Shown: positions 37,231-51,960 of the stretch, in pieces
Layout: each line of letters starts with the position of its first letter
Numbering within the stretch: position 1 is the stretch's first letter
Source of the DNA: Camelus dromedarius
Lineage: Eukaryota
Assembly: GCF_036321535.1 (NCBI RefSeq)
Contig: NC_087437.1
Span: 93,746,001-93,810,000, forward strand
Reading direction: 5' to 3'
Length of the DNA stretch: 64,000 bases
Notes under the pieces: generated by a model
Told to the model about the DNA's origin: nothing
The model's database searches: none
The model's input: the letters and a program-made list of their open reading frames with translations, nothing else
Position numbers and translations under genes: made by a program

Positions 37231-37629
37231 GGAAATACACCCTGGAGGAAGAGGAGTAGGGGGCAATGGGGGAATGTGCAGTGACAAACCCAGAGCAATG
37301 CCCAGGGCAAGATCTTCCCCGATCCTGACAGCAGTGTTAAGAAATACATGTTTTTTTTTTTTTTTATCCTGAAAAGAATGTAGAACCGTGTAATATTTCA
37401 TTAGAGCCCACTGATGATCAGATTTATATGATGCTGGAGAGAGGGTAATATTGTCCTCTCCACCTTCCTATTGGGAATAATAGTGTGCATGCCCTTCTTA
37501 AATAGAGACAAGCAAGTAGGTTTCCTTAATGATTAGTAGCCATCTTTTTAGAGAAATAGAAGCAAGCTTAAAAGAAAGATTTCCAACTCATTAGATTAAG
37601 ACTTAGAAAATGACTTAAACTTTTGGAAC

Positions 37630-37776
37630 TTTAAATTCTTTGTAAGATGATATCTAACACACATAGTGGAAGAATGTTAACTGCAATAATTTATATAAAT
37701 TGCTTAAGAGAATGCCAACAATATAGTAAGAACTCAGTAGATGTATATTATTTAGTAGTAGTAGTAGTAGTAGTAA
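37630..37776 (+). mobile_element. MIR 3' part ending in (TAG)n
   Basis: tgcttaagagaatgccaacaatatagtaagaactcagtagatg followed by tagtagtag. Confidence 0.55.
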
Positions 37777-39964
37777 TTGTAGGTATTCTTTCATCACTGG
37801 TATGGTAGTACTAGGATTTACATTTTGAAGATCATTCTAAGAGTATCTAATAAAACTCCACAATATGCATGTAAGTGAATCCCAGGATTTAAGATAGTTA
37901 TCTCAGGTCTGAAGGCTTTGTGATTGCAAAGCTAAAGTTTAATGGAGATGTAAGAGGAAAAAAGCTGGAAGTCATGGGTGCGCTGTGTGACAGAGTGCAG
38001 AGACTGGGGCAAAAGGCTGAAGTGTGTGGGGCTTGTGGGTGGAGTGTTTCTCCTCTTTCTGTTTGGATTGATGGATCTGAAATGGTATTTTGGAGACTGG
38101 GATGGGATATAACTCTGATTATCAGTGGGGTGCATCCGACTGGCCAACAAAACCTGTCATTCCAGGGCTATGCTGGGGCTCAAGATCAATAGAAGTGTGA
38201 GGTGTAAAGAAAAAAAGCAACATTGGCCCATTGTTTCATAGCTTTTCTGTGTGAGCGTTACGCAGCTTTAACATTTAAATTAAGTGGAGAGTTTTCCTTT
38301 TTCTTTTCATTCTTTTGTTTGTCTGTTTGAGAGATTTGACATAGTGGGGAAAAAAAAGTCCTATACTGGGAGGTTTGATTAATGATTAGGTTTGAATGTT
38401 GGGAAGACGGACGTTATGCTTATTAACAGTCACCATCTTGAGTAACCCGGTAGGTTGAGAGTCACATACAACTGAAGGAACCCTGTTTTACATACTGTGG
38501 GAAAACTGTTTTCCCTTCTGTTCTCTCTGGAATCTGGGTGGGACTAGGTGGGGACTGTTATTTCTCCTGGTCACCTCCTTCCTGCTTCCTCTCTCCTGTG
38601 CTGGTCTCCACTAGACCAAGACTTAAATCCATTTAAGCTCCCAAATGCCCTTCTGTATTGTTCAAAAACCCTGTCCTTTTTTCTGATATTTTTTCCCACC
38701 TCTTTCTTTTTTGTTTCAGTTCCCACTTCGGAAAGGGAAAATGAGATCCGTCATTTGAAAATCCCTTCTCTTTAGAGAGCACTTGAATTTGTGGCAAGAA
38801 TCCAGTCCATTATTAATTGGGTAGAAAAGAGTATTCAGTAATATGCTGCTAAAAACAAAAACAACATGTGAAAAAAGACACTAACTTGATAGTTTTGAAC
38901 TGAATTCCCTGAAAGGAATGCCAGTGTTTGTCTACCTTATAGATGAGATGACAAAGTAATGGTGCCTAATGCATCACTATAGTTCAGAGTACCCAGGGAG
39001 GAATGGAAGGACCATGGAGAGGGGTGGATAGGACACAGCTGGAAGTGGAAATCACTGAAGAGTTGTGGGTTCCATGAAAGGGCTGGACTGCAAAGAGGAA
39101 ATAAATGTGAATCAGTTCCTCTCATGATGTCTGGGATCCAGTATAGGAAGATGGGCAGCAGATTGAAAGAAGCCTCTCAGGTTTACATTCGAATGGAGGC
39201 TTTCACTTGGTTATCACATCTGTGAATTTGAGATTAGAGAGGAGGGTTATATGTATATACATATTTCATACATATTCACAGCACATACACATTATCAAAA
39301 TGTGAATATTTAAAAAGCTGCTTTTTAAATAGACGTACCTGTTATTATAGTTATATGAAATGTTTGTTTTATTGGCATAATTCCAGGTTGTTTTCCTATG
39401 AGTGTCCATTATTTAAGGCAAGTGAGTACAGACACAGAAAACAGATAATAATTTCAACAAACTTCTAGCCGAATACTGAAAGATACTGCTCATCAATTGG
39501 ATAATGTCTTAGAGAAAATTCCTAATGATAGGGAGGTTATTTGATGAATAAAATGTGAAAGGAAGACCTAAGAAAGTAATCTTCTGCAACAAATTGAATT
39601 CCTTGGAATATTATTTGTTCTAAACCACACATGCAAATATAACCATGATCGATATATGAAATAAACAAATCAGAGAAGTTTTGTAGTACTTCTGACTCAA
39701 ATTCTTTAGGGCTTTCTCTGTTTTCAAAGATGCATTTATCTACTTGCCCCTCCCTTTTTTTTTTTGCACGAGGGAGAAAATCCTGTTTTCATATTTTACC
39801 TCTTATTAAAATGTCTAAGACTGCATAAAAGATTTATAGCTATACCACACTTTGCTTGGAGTATTTTAAAGATAAGCAACAGGGTAGTAGGAAAGCAAGA
39901 TATATTATTTCTCTGCCCAGGGAAGATGGGTCACAGTTCTTCCTAAACTGAGGTCTTGATAAGA

Positions 39965-40150
39965 GTGAGCATTTACTGAATGTTTATTATGATTTAAACA
40001 TTGAGCTAAACATTTACATGCTTGAATTTAATAATCCCTCTTAATATCTCAAGTAAGTGCTACTGTAATTTTCATTTTGCCAATAAATAAATTGAGAATG
40101 TGCTCCAAGAGAATGCGTCATTTCCCCAAGATCACAGAGTTATTAAGGAG
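39965..40150 (-). mobile_element. MIR SINE
   Basis: catttactgaatgtttattatg...ttgagctaaacatttacatg...cattttgccaataaataaattgag...cccaagatcacagag. Confidence 0.65.
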
Positions 40151-41019
40151 TATCCATTCTATAATCTACCACTGGCTGGTTTTGCCTTTTTTTGAAAGTA
40201 CAACTGTTTCTCATTTTGAATGAAACCATATCTTTACCTGAGTGCTGTTGACTGTACTCTTTTTAACCAAGAGTTTATACTTTTAAAAACATAGAATCTG
40301 TGTTGGTAACTTTGCTGCCCCAGACACTTGGCTGCCTCGTAGTGGTCTTAGCATCCTTCATCTGGTCATCTCAGAGGCATGACTGCCCCCAGATCCAGAC
40401 CCTGTAGTTTTTGTTAAACTCTTACAGTGATTTCTGGTCTAATATTTTGAGTTTGGGGGTAAAAAGTTTATTTCATCCAATATGTGAGATCCAGGTCAAA
40501 GAGCTTCAGAAAAATTACCAGTCCAAAATATAATATTAAAAATTTTTTCAGTGTTTTCTGAGATTATTAGACATATCCATATGTTACCAGTTTGTTACAT
40601 TATTTGTTCTAATACATAATTCATGATTTATTTATGAATCTTAATAGTGTTTAAGTATTTTCTTAATATTGCCTATTGCTATTGCCTTTGTAGAAGAGGT
40701 TTAGCTAAAATAAATTTAATTTTAAAAATCAAAGAACTGTAATGACGTAAGAATATTTGTTTTATTTGACATTCTTTTCAATAGGACTTATGTGAAAGTC
40801 ATGTTTATAACATAATTAGTAATTTTCCTAAAATAAAGGAATCTATATATGTATATAATATGGAATAACAAATAATTATTAATTATGAATGTCTATTTTG
40901 TAACTCACTAACTATAACTGTCCATTAAACAGACAGTAATGCAAAATAATGATTACATTCAATTAGCCCTATTATTTTACCAACTTTCAGTTATATGAAA
41001 ATGAAGTATGTGATTGAGT

Positions 41020-43150
41020 ATATATAAAATAAATGCTGAAAGCTTCTCACATTTGGTGAATAAACTAAATCACATAAACAGATTCAAGAAACTCAGAAAA
41101 CTCCAAATAGGATACTTCACAGAAATATACATCCAGAACATTGTAATCAAAGAGATGAAAATTAAGGACAAAGAAAAATTATTGAAAGCAATTAATTATA
41201 CAACCACAATACACTACTTAGGAGGGAATCATTATTTGAATGACTGCATTTTTTATCAGAACCCATGAAGACCAAAAGTATCATTCTAATATATCCAAAT
41301 AAAAAAAAAAACTTTTTTACCTAGAATGCTATTTAGCAAAATATATAAATAAATATAAATAATATATTTAGCAAAAATATCCTTTAGGAATGAGATTGAA
41401 TAAAAGAATAAGATACACAAAGTAAGAATTTTATGCCAGCAGACCTGTTCTGAAGGAATTACTGAAAGAAATTCTTCAAAAAGAAGGAAAACAAAACCAA
41501 AAGGAAACTTGGAATACCAAAAATGAAGAAAGGGCAAAAGAAATGGTATATATTTGGCTAAATCTGATAAAATGTTCCTTTCCTCTTGATCTCTTTACAG
41601 TATGTTTGTTGGTTGAAAATAAAATTACAACAATATTTGGTGAAATTGCTAATATTCAAGGATATAACATATAAGGCACCTGCAACATAAATAAACGGAT
41701 GTAAAGAGACCTATATGGTGGTGATGTTCCTACATTCCACTTCAACTACTAAAATGTTGATCCTAAGTAGATGAGGTAAATTAAGTATATATGCTGTGAT
41801 CTATAGATCATCTACAAAGACAAATAATATATAAAAATATATACAGAAGAAAATAAAACAGAATATATTAATATGAAAAGCTAAAAAGTTCATATACTGA
41901 GAAGATGGCAGTAAAGGGGAAAAGAAAGTCAAAAAGAGAGAACAAATGAAATGAAAGGTAGAATAGTATATATAAATCAAAACATATTAACAATTACATT
42001 TATTATAAATAATTTAAACACATGAATTACAGTGAGAAAATGACAGACTGGATTAAACAATGATGCAAATACATGCTATTTAAGGAAACTCATTTCAAAT
42101 ATAATGCTATCAGTAGGAAAAAAAGTAAAAAGATAGGGGGTCCTATATCATGCAAACACCAATAAAAAAATTAAAAAGGCTGAGGTGGCTGTATAAATGT
42201 CAGATAAAAAGACTTGAGAGCCCAATAAATCATAAGGAAAAAGAAGGTAATTAAATAATGATAATGATACATTGATATCATTGAGATAATGATATATTGA
42301 ATAATGGTAAATGGGTTAAGTTACCGTTAATAATCTTAAATGTGTGTATGTCAAACAAAATAATTTTAAAATATAGAAAATAAAAATTGAAAGTACAAAT
42401 AAACAAACCCACGGATATAAGTACTGGAGACTTCAAAACTCTTAATTACTGGAACTAGTAAACAAAATCAGCAAAATAGACAAAAAATGATGAACAACAT
42501 CTCCACTTCATTCATATTTCTGAAACACTCTATCCAACAATATGCCTTTAAACATACACATATATTCTCTAGGGTAGACCATATCTGGTTTATAAAACAA
42601 AACTTAATAGATAATTAAAATCATTTCATGTTCTTTGATTATGATGAAATTAAAGTGGAGTCAATACCAGAATAACAGTAGAAACATCTTCATATATTTA
42701 GAAATTAGCCAACATTTGTAAATAATCCACGAAATAAAGAGAAACTTTCAAAAAAATATAAATCTGATAAAAATAAAAATACAACATATAATTACTTATG
42801 AGATATAGCTAAATCAATACAGATTTGGAAACACACAGCATTCATTACTTATAGTAGAAAAGAAGAAAGTTTTCAAGTTAATAATATAAGCTTACATGCT
42901 AAGAAAGTGGGCAAAGAATACAAAAAATAAATGAAGCAATTAAAAGAAGGAAAATAAGGGAGATAAGAACAGAAATTAATAATATTGAAAACAAGGGAAA
43001 CTCAAAGAAATAAATCTGTTTTTTTAAAGGTCAATAAATTAATATACTGCTAGTAGGATGGACAAAGGGAAAATGAAAGAAGACAATGATTACCAATACC
43101 AGGAATGAACGAAAAAGTATCACTACCAACATTTCACACATTAACACCTA
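41020..43150 (+). mobile_element. Old L1M: ORF1 3' half, inter-ORF region and ORF2 endonuclease region
   Basis: Degenerate ORF1-like peptide (AESFSHL...KIKDKEKLLKA); ORF2 motifs atcatgcaaacaccaat, gtcagataaa, ggagacttcaaaactc and gtagaccatatctgg; many stops. Confidence 0.82.
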
Positions 43151-43164
43151 ATATAAAATACATT

Positions 43165-44140
43165 TTAAAAAGTGAAAATACCTTAAGAGAACTTCAGGAC
43201 ATCAAATGGAATAACACTCACATTATATGGGCCCCAGAAGGAGAAGAGAGAGTGAAAGGACTGGAAAAATTATTTGAGGAAATAGTGGCTGAAAAATCCC
43301 CTAATCTGGGGAAAGAAAGGAGATGTCTAGGTCCAAGAATCCCAGAAAGTTCCAAATAAGAGGAATCCAAAGAGACACACACCAGGACATATTATAATTA
43401 AAATGGTAAGAGTTGAGGATAAAGGGAGAATCCTAAAAGCAGCAAGAGAACAACTAGTTACCTGCAAGGGAAACAAAACAAAATAAAACTTTTAATCAAG
43501 AATTCTCTAAGCAGCAAGGTTACCATTTTGAATTGAAGCAGAGATCAGCAGTTTCCCAGATAAGCAAAAGCTAAAAGAGTTTATTAATACTAAACAGGCC
43601 CTCCAAGAAGTGTTAAGGGACTTTTTTAAGCTGAAGAGGAGTGGCAGGAGCTAGGAATAAGAAAATAGGTGAAAGTAAAACTCTCACTGGAAAAGGTACA
43701 TATATAATCAAGCTAGTGGATCAACCACTTATAAAGCAAACATGAATGTTAAGAAGAATACTAATATTAACTGAAATTATAATAGTTAAGGGATACATAA
43801 AATAAAACAAGGTAAAATGTGTATTTAAAATTATAAAACATGAGAGAATTAAAAAGACAGAACTTTGGAATAGGTTCAAATCCAAGTTGCTATCAATTGA
43901 AATAGGCTTCTATTTGCATAGGATGTTATAAGTGAAACACATGGTAACCACAAGGAAAATAGGTATTTTAAATACACAAAAGAAAATGAGAAATGAATCT
44001 AACCATAACACTAAAGAAAACTATCAAAACACAAGGGATGAGAGAAGGAAAAGAAAGGAAAAGAGAGAGAGTATAAAAACAGCCAGAAAACAATTGACAA
44101 AAAAATTAAAATATCAACTGATAATATTAACAGTAAAAGA
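43165..44140 (+). mobile_element. Second, less decayed L1 ORF1 and inter-ORF fragment
   Basis: SENTLRELQDIKWNNTHIIWAPEGEERVKGLEKLFEEIVAEKSPNLGKE matches the L1 ORF1p motif 'LRDLWDNIKRTNIRIIGVPEGEE..KG.ENLFEEI.AENFPNL'. Confidence 0.88.
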
Positions 44141-44499
44141 AAAATAATTTTGAGGTGAGTTTCTGGACTTATTTCTTCATGTGAATAGGAAGTCTTGAGT
44201 CTCATTAAAAAAAACTCTCCTTGCTGATTAATGTTTTTCTAAATGTAATGGCATCATTTGGTTTGCAATAGAAAAAAAGGTTTGAAGGTTCACACTAATG
44301 AAATAAAATGACAGTTCTAATGATTTATGATTTCTTCCATCTGTGTACAAACATTGGAGTTCAGGGTTCTGAGTACATAATATGAAATAACAATTATAAG
44401 ATAAATCCAATTTCTTTTATTTCTTCTATCTGATGTGATAACTTAGCAAAGAAGAGAGAACAAAGTTTGCAAATACAAACTGAGTGTCTTCTCTTTGTA

Positions 44500-44667
44500 T
44501 TTACAGCTCTGCATTATGGTCTAGATCAAGATACTTTTTAAAGTTTCTAAATCTTCTGTTGAAATGGTGACAAGCCACAATTTGCTGAGCTATACTGGGA
44601 ATTAAATTAGAAAACATATACAAAGATGCTTGCTGAAAATATTAACATTCAGCAGAACCAAATAAAT
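44500..44667 (+). mobile_element. Possible MIR remnant
   Basis: Weak: tcttctgttgaaatggtgacaa...gggaattaaattagaaaacatatacaaagatgctt. Confidence 0.35.
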
Positions 44668-44869
44668 AAAACTCGACAACCAAACAGAGTAAGTAAACAA
44701 ATATGAAGCCATGATCTAGCATAGAGACAAAAATGTAAAGCATTTCAAGGAATTTCCAAGTAGATTATTTGGTTTGAGATGGAAAAAATAAATAAAAGAG
44801 AATGAAATGACAGTTTCAACATAAATTTTTAAAATGTGGTATTGTATGTTTACAAAAATACCAAAAACT

Positions 44870-45540
44870 TCAGTCTCCCTGCTTCTCTTCTTGCTAGTCA
44901 CTTCCATTTCCACACTCTCCTGCCCACCATACACTGAAACACACCTACCATTGCAGTTTTTCACAAAGCAACCAGAGTGAACTTTTAAAAACAAAACCAG
45001 GAATGCCCACACCCGTTCCCATATACTGCTATGGCTGCCGTTGAGTTCAGGGAAAAACATCAACAAACCAAAACTGCTTTTTATGGGTTACAGTTATCTC
45101 GAAGATTTGACTGTTTTTCTTTCCTTCTCACCATTTGTGTCCTTGCTCCTTATTTTCTAGCTACTATGCCTTCCTTTCTGTTTCCCAGACATCCCAACCC
45201 ATTCTTTCTGCTGGGGGACTGAGTATGTCTCCCTCCATGGTTCTTATTACAACTGATCCACTGTCATCTCTCAGGTTTTGGTTTAGATGGTACCTTCTCA
45301 AGGGCTCTCTGACAACACTATTTAAACTGACTTCTTCCAGTTACCATGAATTCACACTTTGTATTTCATTCATATGGTTTAACACCATTTGTAATTACCT
45401 AAATTTTTATTTACATTTATGTTTTTATGTATCATTCCTATAAGACTGTAAGCTTCATGACATCTGCCATTAGTTCCAGTACTTAGAGGAATGTCTAGCA
45501 CATGGAAGAGATTTGTAGCATTAATTTTGTGTTGAATTCC
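44870..45540 (+). mobile_element. L2 3' region
   Basis: gtctccctgcttc, cacaaagcaaccagagtgaacttttaaaa, taagactgtaagcttcatga, gtacttagaggaatgtctagcacat. Confidence 0.75.
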
Positions 45541-48219
45541 ATTCACCTCTGATCTTCTACCTGATAGCTCAGCATTGAATGACACTCAGTATACAAAAGA
45601 AAAAAAGAGGATCCCAATTTTTATTAGTGTTTATAATCCAAAAAATAATTAACATATACTCGATTAGAAGTTGCTTTCTTTGTAAATATCAAGGCAAAAT
45701 TTGACTTCATTGTGAGTGTTGCCCCATTTAATATATGAAGCTGACCTAAGTTTACTGATTTTCTTTTCTTATAACCTAAACATGCCCTAAACTCTAAACT
45801 TCAGTATTCAAACACACCTAAATAATGTATTTTGCTTAGCAAAAGAGAGAAGAAAATTCTACAAATTGGTGACACTGTTCTTAGAAATGTGATTTCTTTT
45901 TTAATCATTCTGTTGATTATAGCAAAGTGGTTTTAATCAGGAAATTGATTCAGGGAAGTGGCTTCACAGGCAAAATATATCAAATTATTTGCTCAGAATG
46001 AACCCCCTTTAATTTTTCTTTCTTAAGGGGTTAAAAATTTAATAAATGAAAATTTACCAAAGGGCACTATGTCTTGGCTTCCTGAGCTCATGTTCATTGG
46101 CATGCGCTTCCTAGAGAGACAAGGGTTTTATCTTCCCTTTATGCTTAACACCCTAGATGAATCTGTCTGTCATCTCTTTTAATTTAAACAGGCAACATTG
46201 CGGATTCTTAACAATACCTCTGACCCTTGAGGAAACAGGATATACAGCAGACCATTAATTAGTTGTTTGAAGTGAAGGGATATGGCACAGGGAATGCCAC
46301 GCCTCTCTGCTCCATTGCACAGTATACCCACGCCACATTGTCCATTTATATTTCTGACGAGTACCAAAGAGCCAATACCCTTGAGAAACATCATAAGTTA
46401 GCAAGTTTGACTGATGTACATTAGGCAGTCAAATGACTTGTTCTATCTGGAGTATTTCCCTTTTTGCATGAAGGAAAGATGGTCAAAATATGTATCAGGC
46501 CTTGAATCAAATTAAAGCCCAGAAGATTTCATTGTCATGCTGCTTTTTGTTTCATACATAAATTTACATAAAATTGAATTACTTAAGATTTCATATCTGT
46601 TTCAATTTTCCTTCCATTCTAGACATTCTCAAATGAAAAGCGGTTTCATAGAACACTGCATTAATTGTTTCAGGAGAGTAACACAATCAACCTGGCTATT
46701 TTCTAATTTAAGTTTAGGAGACACTATTGTTCATTCTGAATTTTCCCTGGTTATAAATTATAAATTATTCACATTCATAGTCACTAAAGAACAAGAAGAG
46801 AAAGAGTGTTATCAAGAGGCAGCAAAATGATGACCGGGAGGCCTGCCTTTTCCTTTAGTATTTTTAGTGATCATTTGACCTTCAGTACGGGAATTTCCTT
46901 CCATAGAATCATTCCAGAAGAATTAATAACTATGACACGGGGCACCTGAAAGAGCTATTTTTAAGTCACTTTTTTGGATTGTATTTTGTTATGACACAAT
47001 TGAGCATTAAGACTATTCATAATGTCAGCTCTTTGCTATATTAAGAAAAATTCAATTTATTAGAGATATTTAAATGTTTGGAGCTAAGTCAGTTCTTAAA
47101 TGCATTGATAGAATGTCGTATTAACTTAATGACCTTCATCATGAAACTCTAGAGATGTGGTTGGTCTAGGAAAATCGACTGCCACTCAAAATATAGTATT
47201 TTTTACTTCCTAATTAAGTAATTCCTATATAAAAAATCATAGCTTTGACATAAATGCGTTATACCAGTCTGCTACACTAATCATGTGTGTATTTAGTTGA
47301 AATTTAAACATATCCCTGTTGAAGGTGGTGTTGTATAAGAAATTCACTATTTTGTCTGTGATCCATTTGCTATTCTTTTCCATCTCAATAATTTGATCAA
47401 TTTCTATTCAGTATTGAAATTAATTGTTAGAAATTCCCAGATATCTCATCAACTAATTGTTGCATTTTCCCTTATTATAATCCCTAAATTCACTAAATTC
47501 ATTACTACTTAAGTACCCAGCTTTCCTGTTTGTTTTGTGATAAACATCACTCGCATACAGATCCTCCCTCTATAATAATAATGCGTTTCTGAATTTTTCA
47601 TTTTGATGTTTAGAGGCGCCTTCACTTCCTTTTGACGCGATGGATCCATGTCTTTTCTGTTGAAACATAACCTAAGGGAGCAAATGTACTTTATTATTAT
47701 TATTATTCAAAAAGGTTAGTCTTCTGTGCTGCTAGCTCATTATCTGTTTCGTTCCATTCTGTCCTTCAGTTAAACTGAATAAAAGATGTGTGCAGAAGGA
47801 TGAATCTTAAAAAGCAGAATAACTTATCTTTTCAAGCAGATAGAATTCAGCTCACACTTTACTACAAATGCTAGATAACAGTCTAGCATCCAAATTTCAA
47901 ACTGCAGAAAAAAAAAATATTTCTCAATTATGTTAAGAATTAAAAAGAATGTTTAGGTAATATAATGTCTTCACCAGCTATTGCTCACATAGGTAGTACA
48001 GGCATCCCAACTAATGAGGGTGGGGGAATCAAGAATGAAACAAAACACAATAAACAAACCCTTCCCCCCAAAAAGCCCGAGTAACCTATATTTAAATTTT
48101 ACAGGGCCCAGTGCTGCACACGTTATGACTCTTGAAAACTGGTACCTCCTTCCTCACCGACTAGACATATCACCTTAAAATGATCCAGTAGAGCACTTTG
48201 TGAGCAATGTTCTCAAACG

Positions 48220-48345
48220 GTGTCTTTCTCTCCTAGATTTTGATGAACTCTCAAGCAGTTTTAATGTCATATATATCTTTTGTAGCACTGGGGCTTACCA
48301 CAGTGCCTTGCTCTTTACATGCTAATAGAAAGATTGGAAAGCAAG
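48220..48345 (+). mobile_element. L2 3' end
   Basis: tgtctttctctcctagattttgatgaactc...gcttaccacagtgccttg. Confidence 0.55.
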
Positions 48346-48494
48346 GAGGAAGGATGGATGAAAGGAGGCAGGGAGGGAAAAAGGACTAGAAGAAACGAAT
48401 TGGCACAATGGCTTACGTATGTCCCAAAGTTATTGTGAAGATAAAATGATAAATTGAAAGTGAAATGCCTGCAACAAGAAAATATTGTAGTAGA

Positions 48495-48710
48495 AGTTAA
48501 TATTTAATAGTGTTTGCTCCATGCTGGATACTGCTTAAAATGTGTATAACCTATTTAATTTTCACAATATCCCTAGGAAGTTGTATTACAGCCTCCATTT
48601 TACAAGTGATGGAATTGAGTCACAGGGAGGAGAAGTAAAATCACTAAGGTTACAGAGCTATGAAGTGGCAGAGCTAAGATTTTAAACCAGTCTGTCTAAG
48701 TAGAGAACAC
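48495..48710 (-). mobile_element. MIR SINE
   Basis: atttaattttcacaatatccctagg...ccattttacaagtgatggaattgagtcacag...aaggttacagagctatgaagtggcagagctaagattttaaaccag. Confidence 0.82.
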
Positions 48711-50774
48711 ATAATTCCAGTAGTTCAAAAAATTAAGGCTGTTGTTTGATTCTGAGAAAATTATATATCCAAATTAGTTCAACTGAAACTAAGTCATTAC
48801 TGTGGGAATTCATTAAATTTATTTATATTTTCCCTTCAAACTTTTTATAATCATACAAGAAAGAAAAAAAATGGGTGAGGAAGAGAGAGCAAAAGAAGAG
48901 AGACAGAGAGAGATTTTTTCCTACCTTCTGAGCCCAATTTCATGAACTGTTTGTGTTTTCAAATATTTTTTTGATCATTACAATCTCCCAAATGCCAAGA
49001 CAGCATGATGAAATTAATGCTTGCATTGTTTTTTTCCTAGACTATTACTCAAATGAATTCATTTGGTAGTAGGTAGCTTTTTTGAAGAAATCATTTTCAA
49101 TGCAACGAAAGAATGGTTTCAGCATACCCTAAAGAAACTAGAAATATATCACAAAACGCTAGATAGTTTAGCTCTCTTATTTAGCTTCTTTAGGTCTATC
49201 ATTAAACATGATTGTGCAGACTTAAGGTATAAGATGGAAATCAGTGCATACTTCTCTGGTCCCCTTCTGCCCTCTGTGGACGAGTATGAATGTGGTTTCT
49301 ATAGATGACAGAGAAAACAGCTATAGATTTTCTCCATCACATTTAATTCACAACTCAAAAATCATAAATCATGAATTATGTATTAAAACAAATAATGTAG
49401 TAAACTGGTAACATATGGATATGTCTAATAATCTCAGAAAACACTGACAAAAATTTTTTAAGTGATCTAAAGACTTACAAATAAAGCATGCACAATTTGA
49501 ATGTGTTTTGTAATATTTTTAAATATTATATTTTGGACTGGTAATATCTGTCTCTCTATCTTAATGATAATTGATAACTCACAACTCTAAAGTGTCAAGA
49601 TATGCAAAGATACAATGATTAAAAGCAGTCATCCGTGGCTTTATTGCTAAGAATATAGTCCCCTTTTCTCAGACTGTATCTACTTTATGATCTTGTCAAG
49701 ATTAAAAAAAGCAAACATGAGTTACAAACTTTTCATTATAAACAAGGAAGATGCACCTGTGCTCTGTACATTTAATATTTAATCTTGTGAAACACTGCTC
49801 AGAACAGAGATAAAGCAAGTCACATTAAATTTGCTGTGAGCTCAACCCTCTCAATCTCTGACAGTCCTCATTTTACGGACAAAGACAAATGAAGGAGCAG
49901 GAATTGTAACGTAACACTGACCGTTCTGTCACTGTCAACTGAAAACAAAATCATTTACTTTGACTAGCATTTTCAGAAATATTTTTTATTATACTTTTTA
50001 TCTTACCTGTTAATACCTAGCTGCAATAATGTTTTCTGATATTAGAGCTATACATCAGGTGGAAAAATGCATTTTTATTTCATTAGACTTCAAATATTTT
50101 TTCCCAGAACAGAAAACAGTTTAATTAATCTTATGAATATTATTTGTATCCAGTTTTCATTTGAATGGTTACTTATTTTATCCAATTGTATACAAGAATT
50201 TTACTATTTTATAGCTGATAAGGCATTTATAAAAATAGTTACAGCTAAGAAACTGAACTGGGATAACATGTCCTTTTGGCTAACTATTCACTTAATTTTC
50301 CAACTTTTATTTAAAATCATTACAGTAAAGAGAAATTCCAGTCATTAAAACTTCACTCTGTAAGGATTTTGTATAAAACCTTTAAAGAAAGATAGTTAAA
50401 TGAACTTACTTAAGCATTTAGGCAAAAGGTTTTCTTTCTTGTATTAAGAGAATATCAGGAATTATTCTACTGTTGAGAATATTTTCAAATTTTTTTATCA
50501 TTTGAATTCAATTTAGTTAACATATACAGACTCAAAAACTCTTGGGAATCACTCTAGATATATAAATAAAACATGTATAAATATATCTAAATTTATCTTT
50601 TACAAGGTGTAAACAGAACCTCTTGTAATAGAATTTTCTCAAAATATAGAGATTCTTGTTCATTTCAGTGGAGTTTTGATAAATGTGGACTCTATATATT
50701 TAATTTCTCTGTCCCTCTTTTCTCTTATATTTCTCTTTAAAAAGATATTTGATCAAATATCTATGTATATATTG

Positions 50775-51960
50775 GTACATTTTTTGTGGCCAGAACATTT
50801 AACATGATATTTACTATTTTAATTAATTTTTGAATATACCAAACAGTACGATTGCAGGATCACATGATATTCTATTTTCAGTTTTTCTGGAAGAACCTCC
50901 ATAGTTTTCCTTAGTGCCTGTATAAACTTATATTCCCATAAATTGTGTATACAAGTGTTCCCTTTCCTCCAAATCCTCTTCAACCCTTGTTATTCATTAT
51001 CTTTCTGATAATAGCCATCCCAACCAGTGTGAAGTGATATTTCATTGTGGCTTTGCTTTTCATTTCCCTAATGTTTAGTGATGTTAAGCATTTTTTCATT
51101 TATCTGTTGGTCATTTGTTATTTTGGGAAAAGTGTCTATTCAGGTTCTTCGCTTATTTTTTTTAATTGGGCTATTTTGTTTTTTGTTTTTTTGGGGGTTT
51201 TTTTTGCTATTGAGTTATAGTAGTTTCTAGTATATTTTGGACATTAAGCCTTCATCAGATATATGGTTTGCAAATGTTATCTCCCATTGTATAGGCTGCA
51301 TTTTCATTTTATGTATTGCTTCTCTTGCTGAGCAGAAGATTTTTAGTTTGATGCAGTCCCACTTATTTTTACATTTGTTGCCTGAGCTTTTGGTGTTAAA
51401 TCCAAAAGTCATTGTGAAGACCAACGTCAAGGAGATTTTGATGGATTCAGTGCTTATATTTAAGTTTTAATCTACTTCAAGTAATGTGTTGTGAGTGGTG
51501 TAAGATAGGTGTTCGGTTTCAACCTTGTTCATGTGGCTATTTCAGGTTTCTTAACATTATTTATTGAAGAGATTACCCTTTTCCCATGATCTATTCTTGA
51601 ATCCCTTGTCAAATATTAGTTGGCCATGTATATATGGGTTTATTTCTGGGCTCTTGATTCTATTTCATTTGTCTGTGTGTCTGTTTTTATGCTAGTACTA
51701 ATCTGTTTTGATTCCTATAGCTTTGTAATATAGTTTGAAAGCAGGATGTGACATGCCTCTTTCTTTGTTCTTCTTTCTCAAGATTGCTTTTGTTGTTTGG
51801 GGTCTTTTGTGGTTCCATACAAATTTGGAGATTATTTTTTCTGCTTCTGTGAAAAATGACACTGGACTTTAATAGTTATTATGTAAAATTTGTAGATTGT
51901 TTGGGGTAGTATGGACATTTAAAAATGTTAAAACAATGTTAATTCTTCTAATCCATGAAA
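50775..51960 (-). mobile_element. L1MA-like ORF2 3' portion with a 3'UTR remnant
   Basis: Minus-strand peptide KNKWDCIKLKIFCSAREAIHKMKMQPIQWEITFANHISDEGLMSKIY matches L1 ORF2 'KWDLIKLKSFCTAKETI...QPTEWEKIFA.Y.SDKGLISRIY'. Confidence 0.9.

Noticed and set aside
41330..42305. Short local duplications (tatttagcaaaa twice; gataatgatayattga twice); similar ones at 15317, 52108 and 63098
   Set aside because: Ordinary slippage duplications with no array, spacer or CRISPR-like periodicity
49063..49308. 81-aa ORF with an internal tttag acceptor
   Set aside because: No recognisable protein and no partner exon
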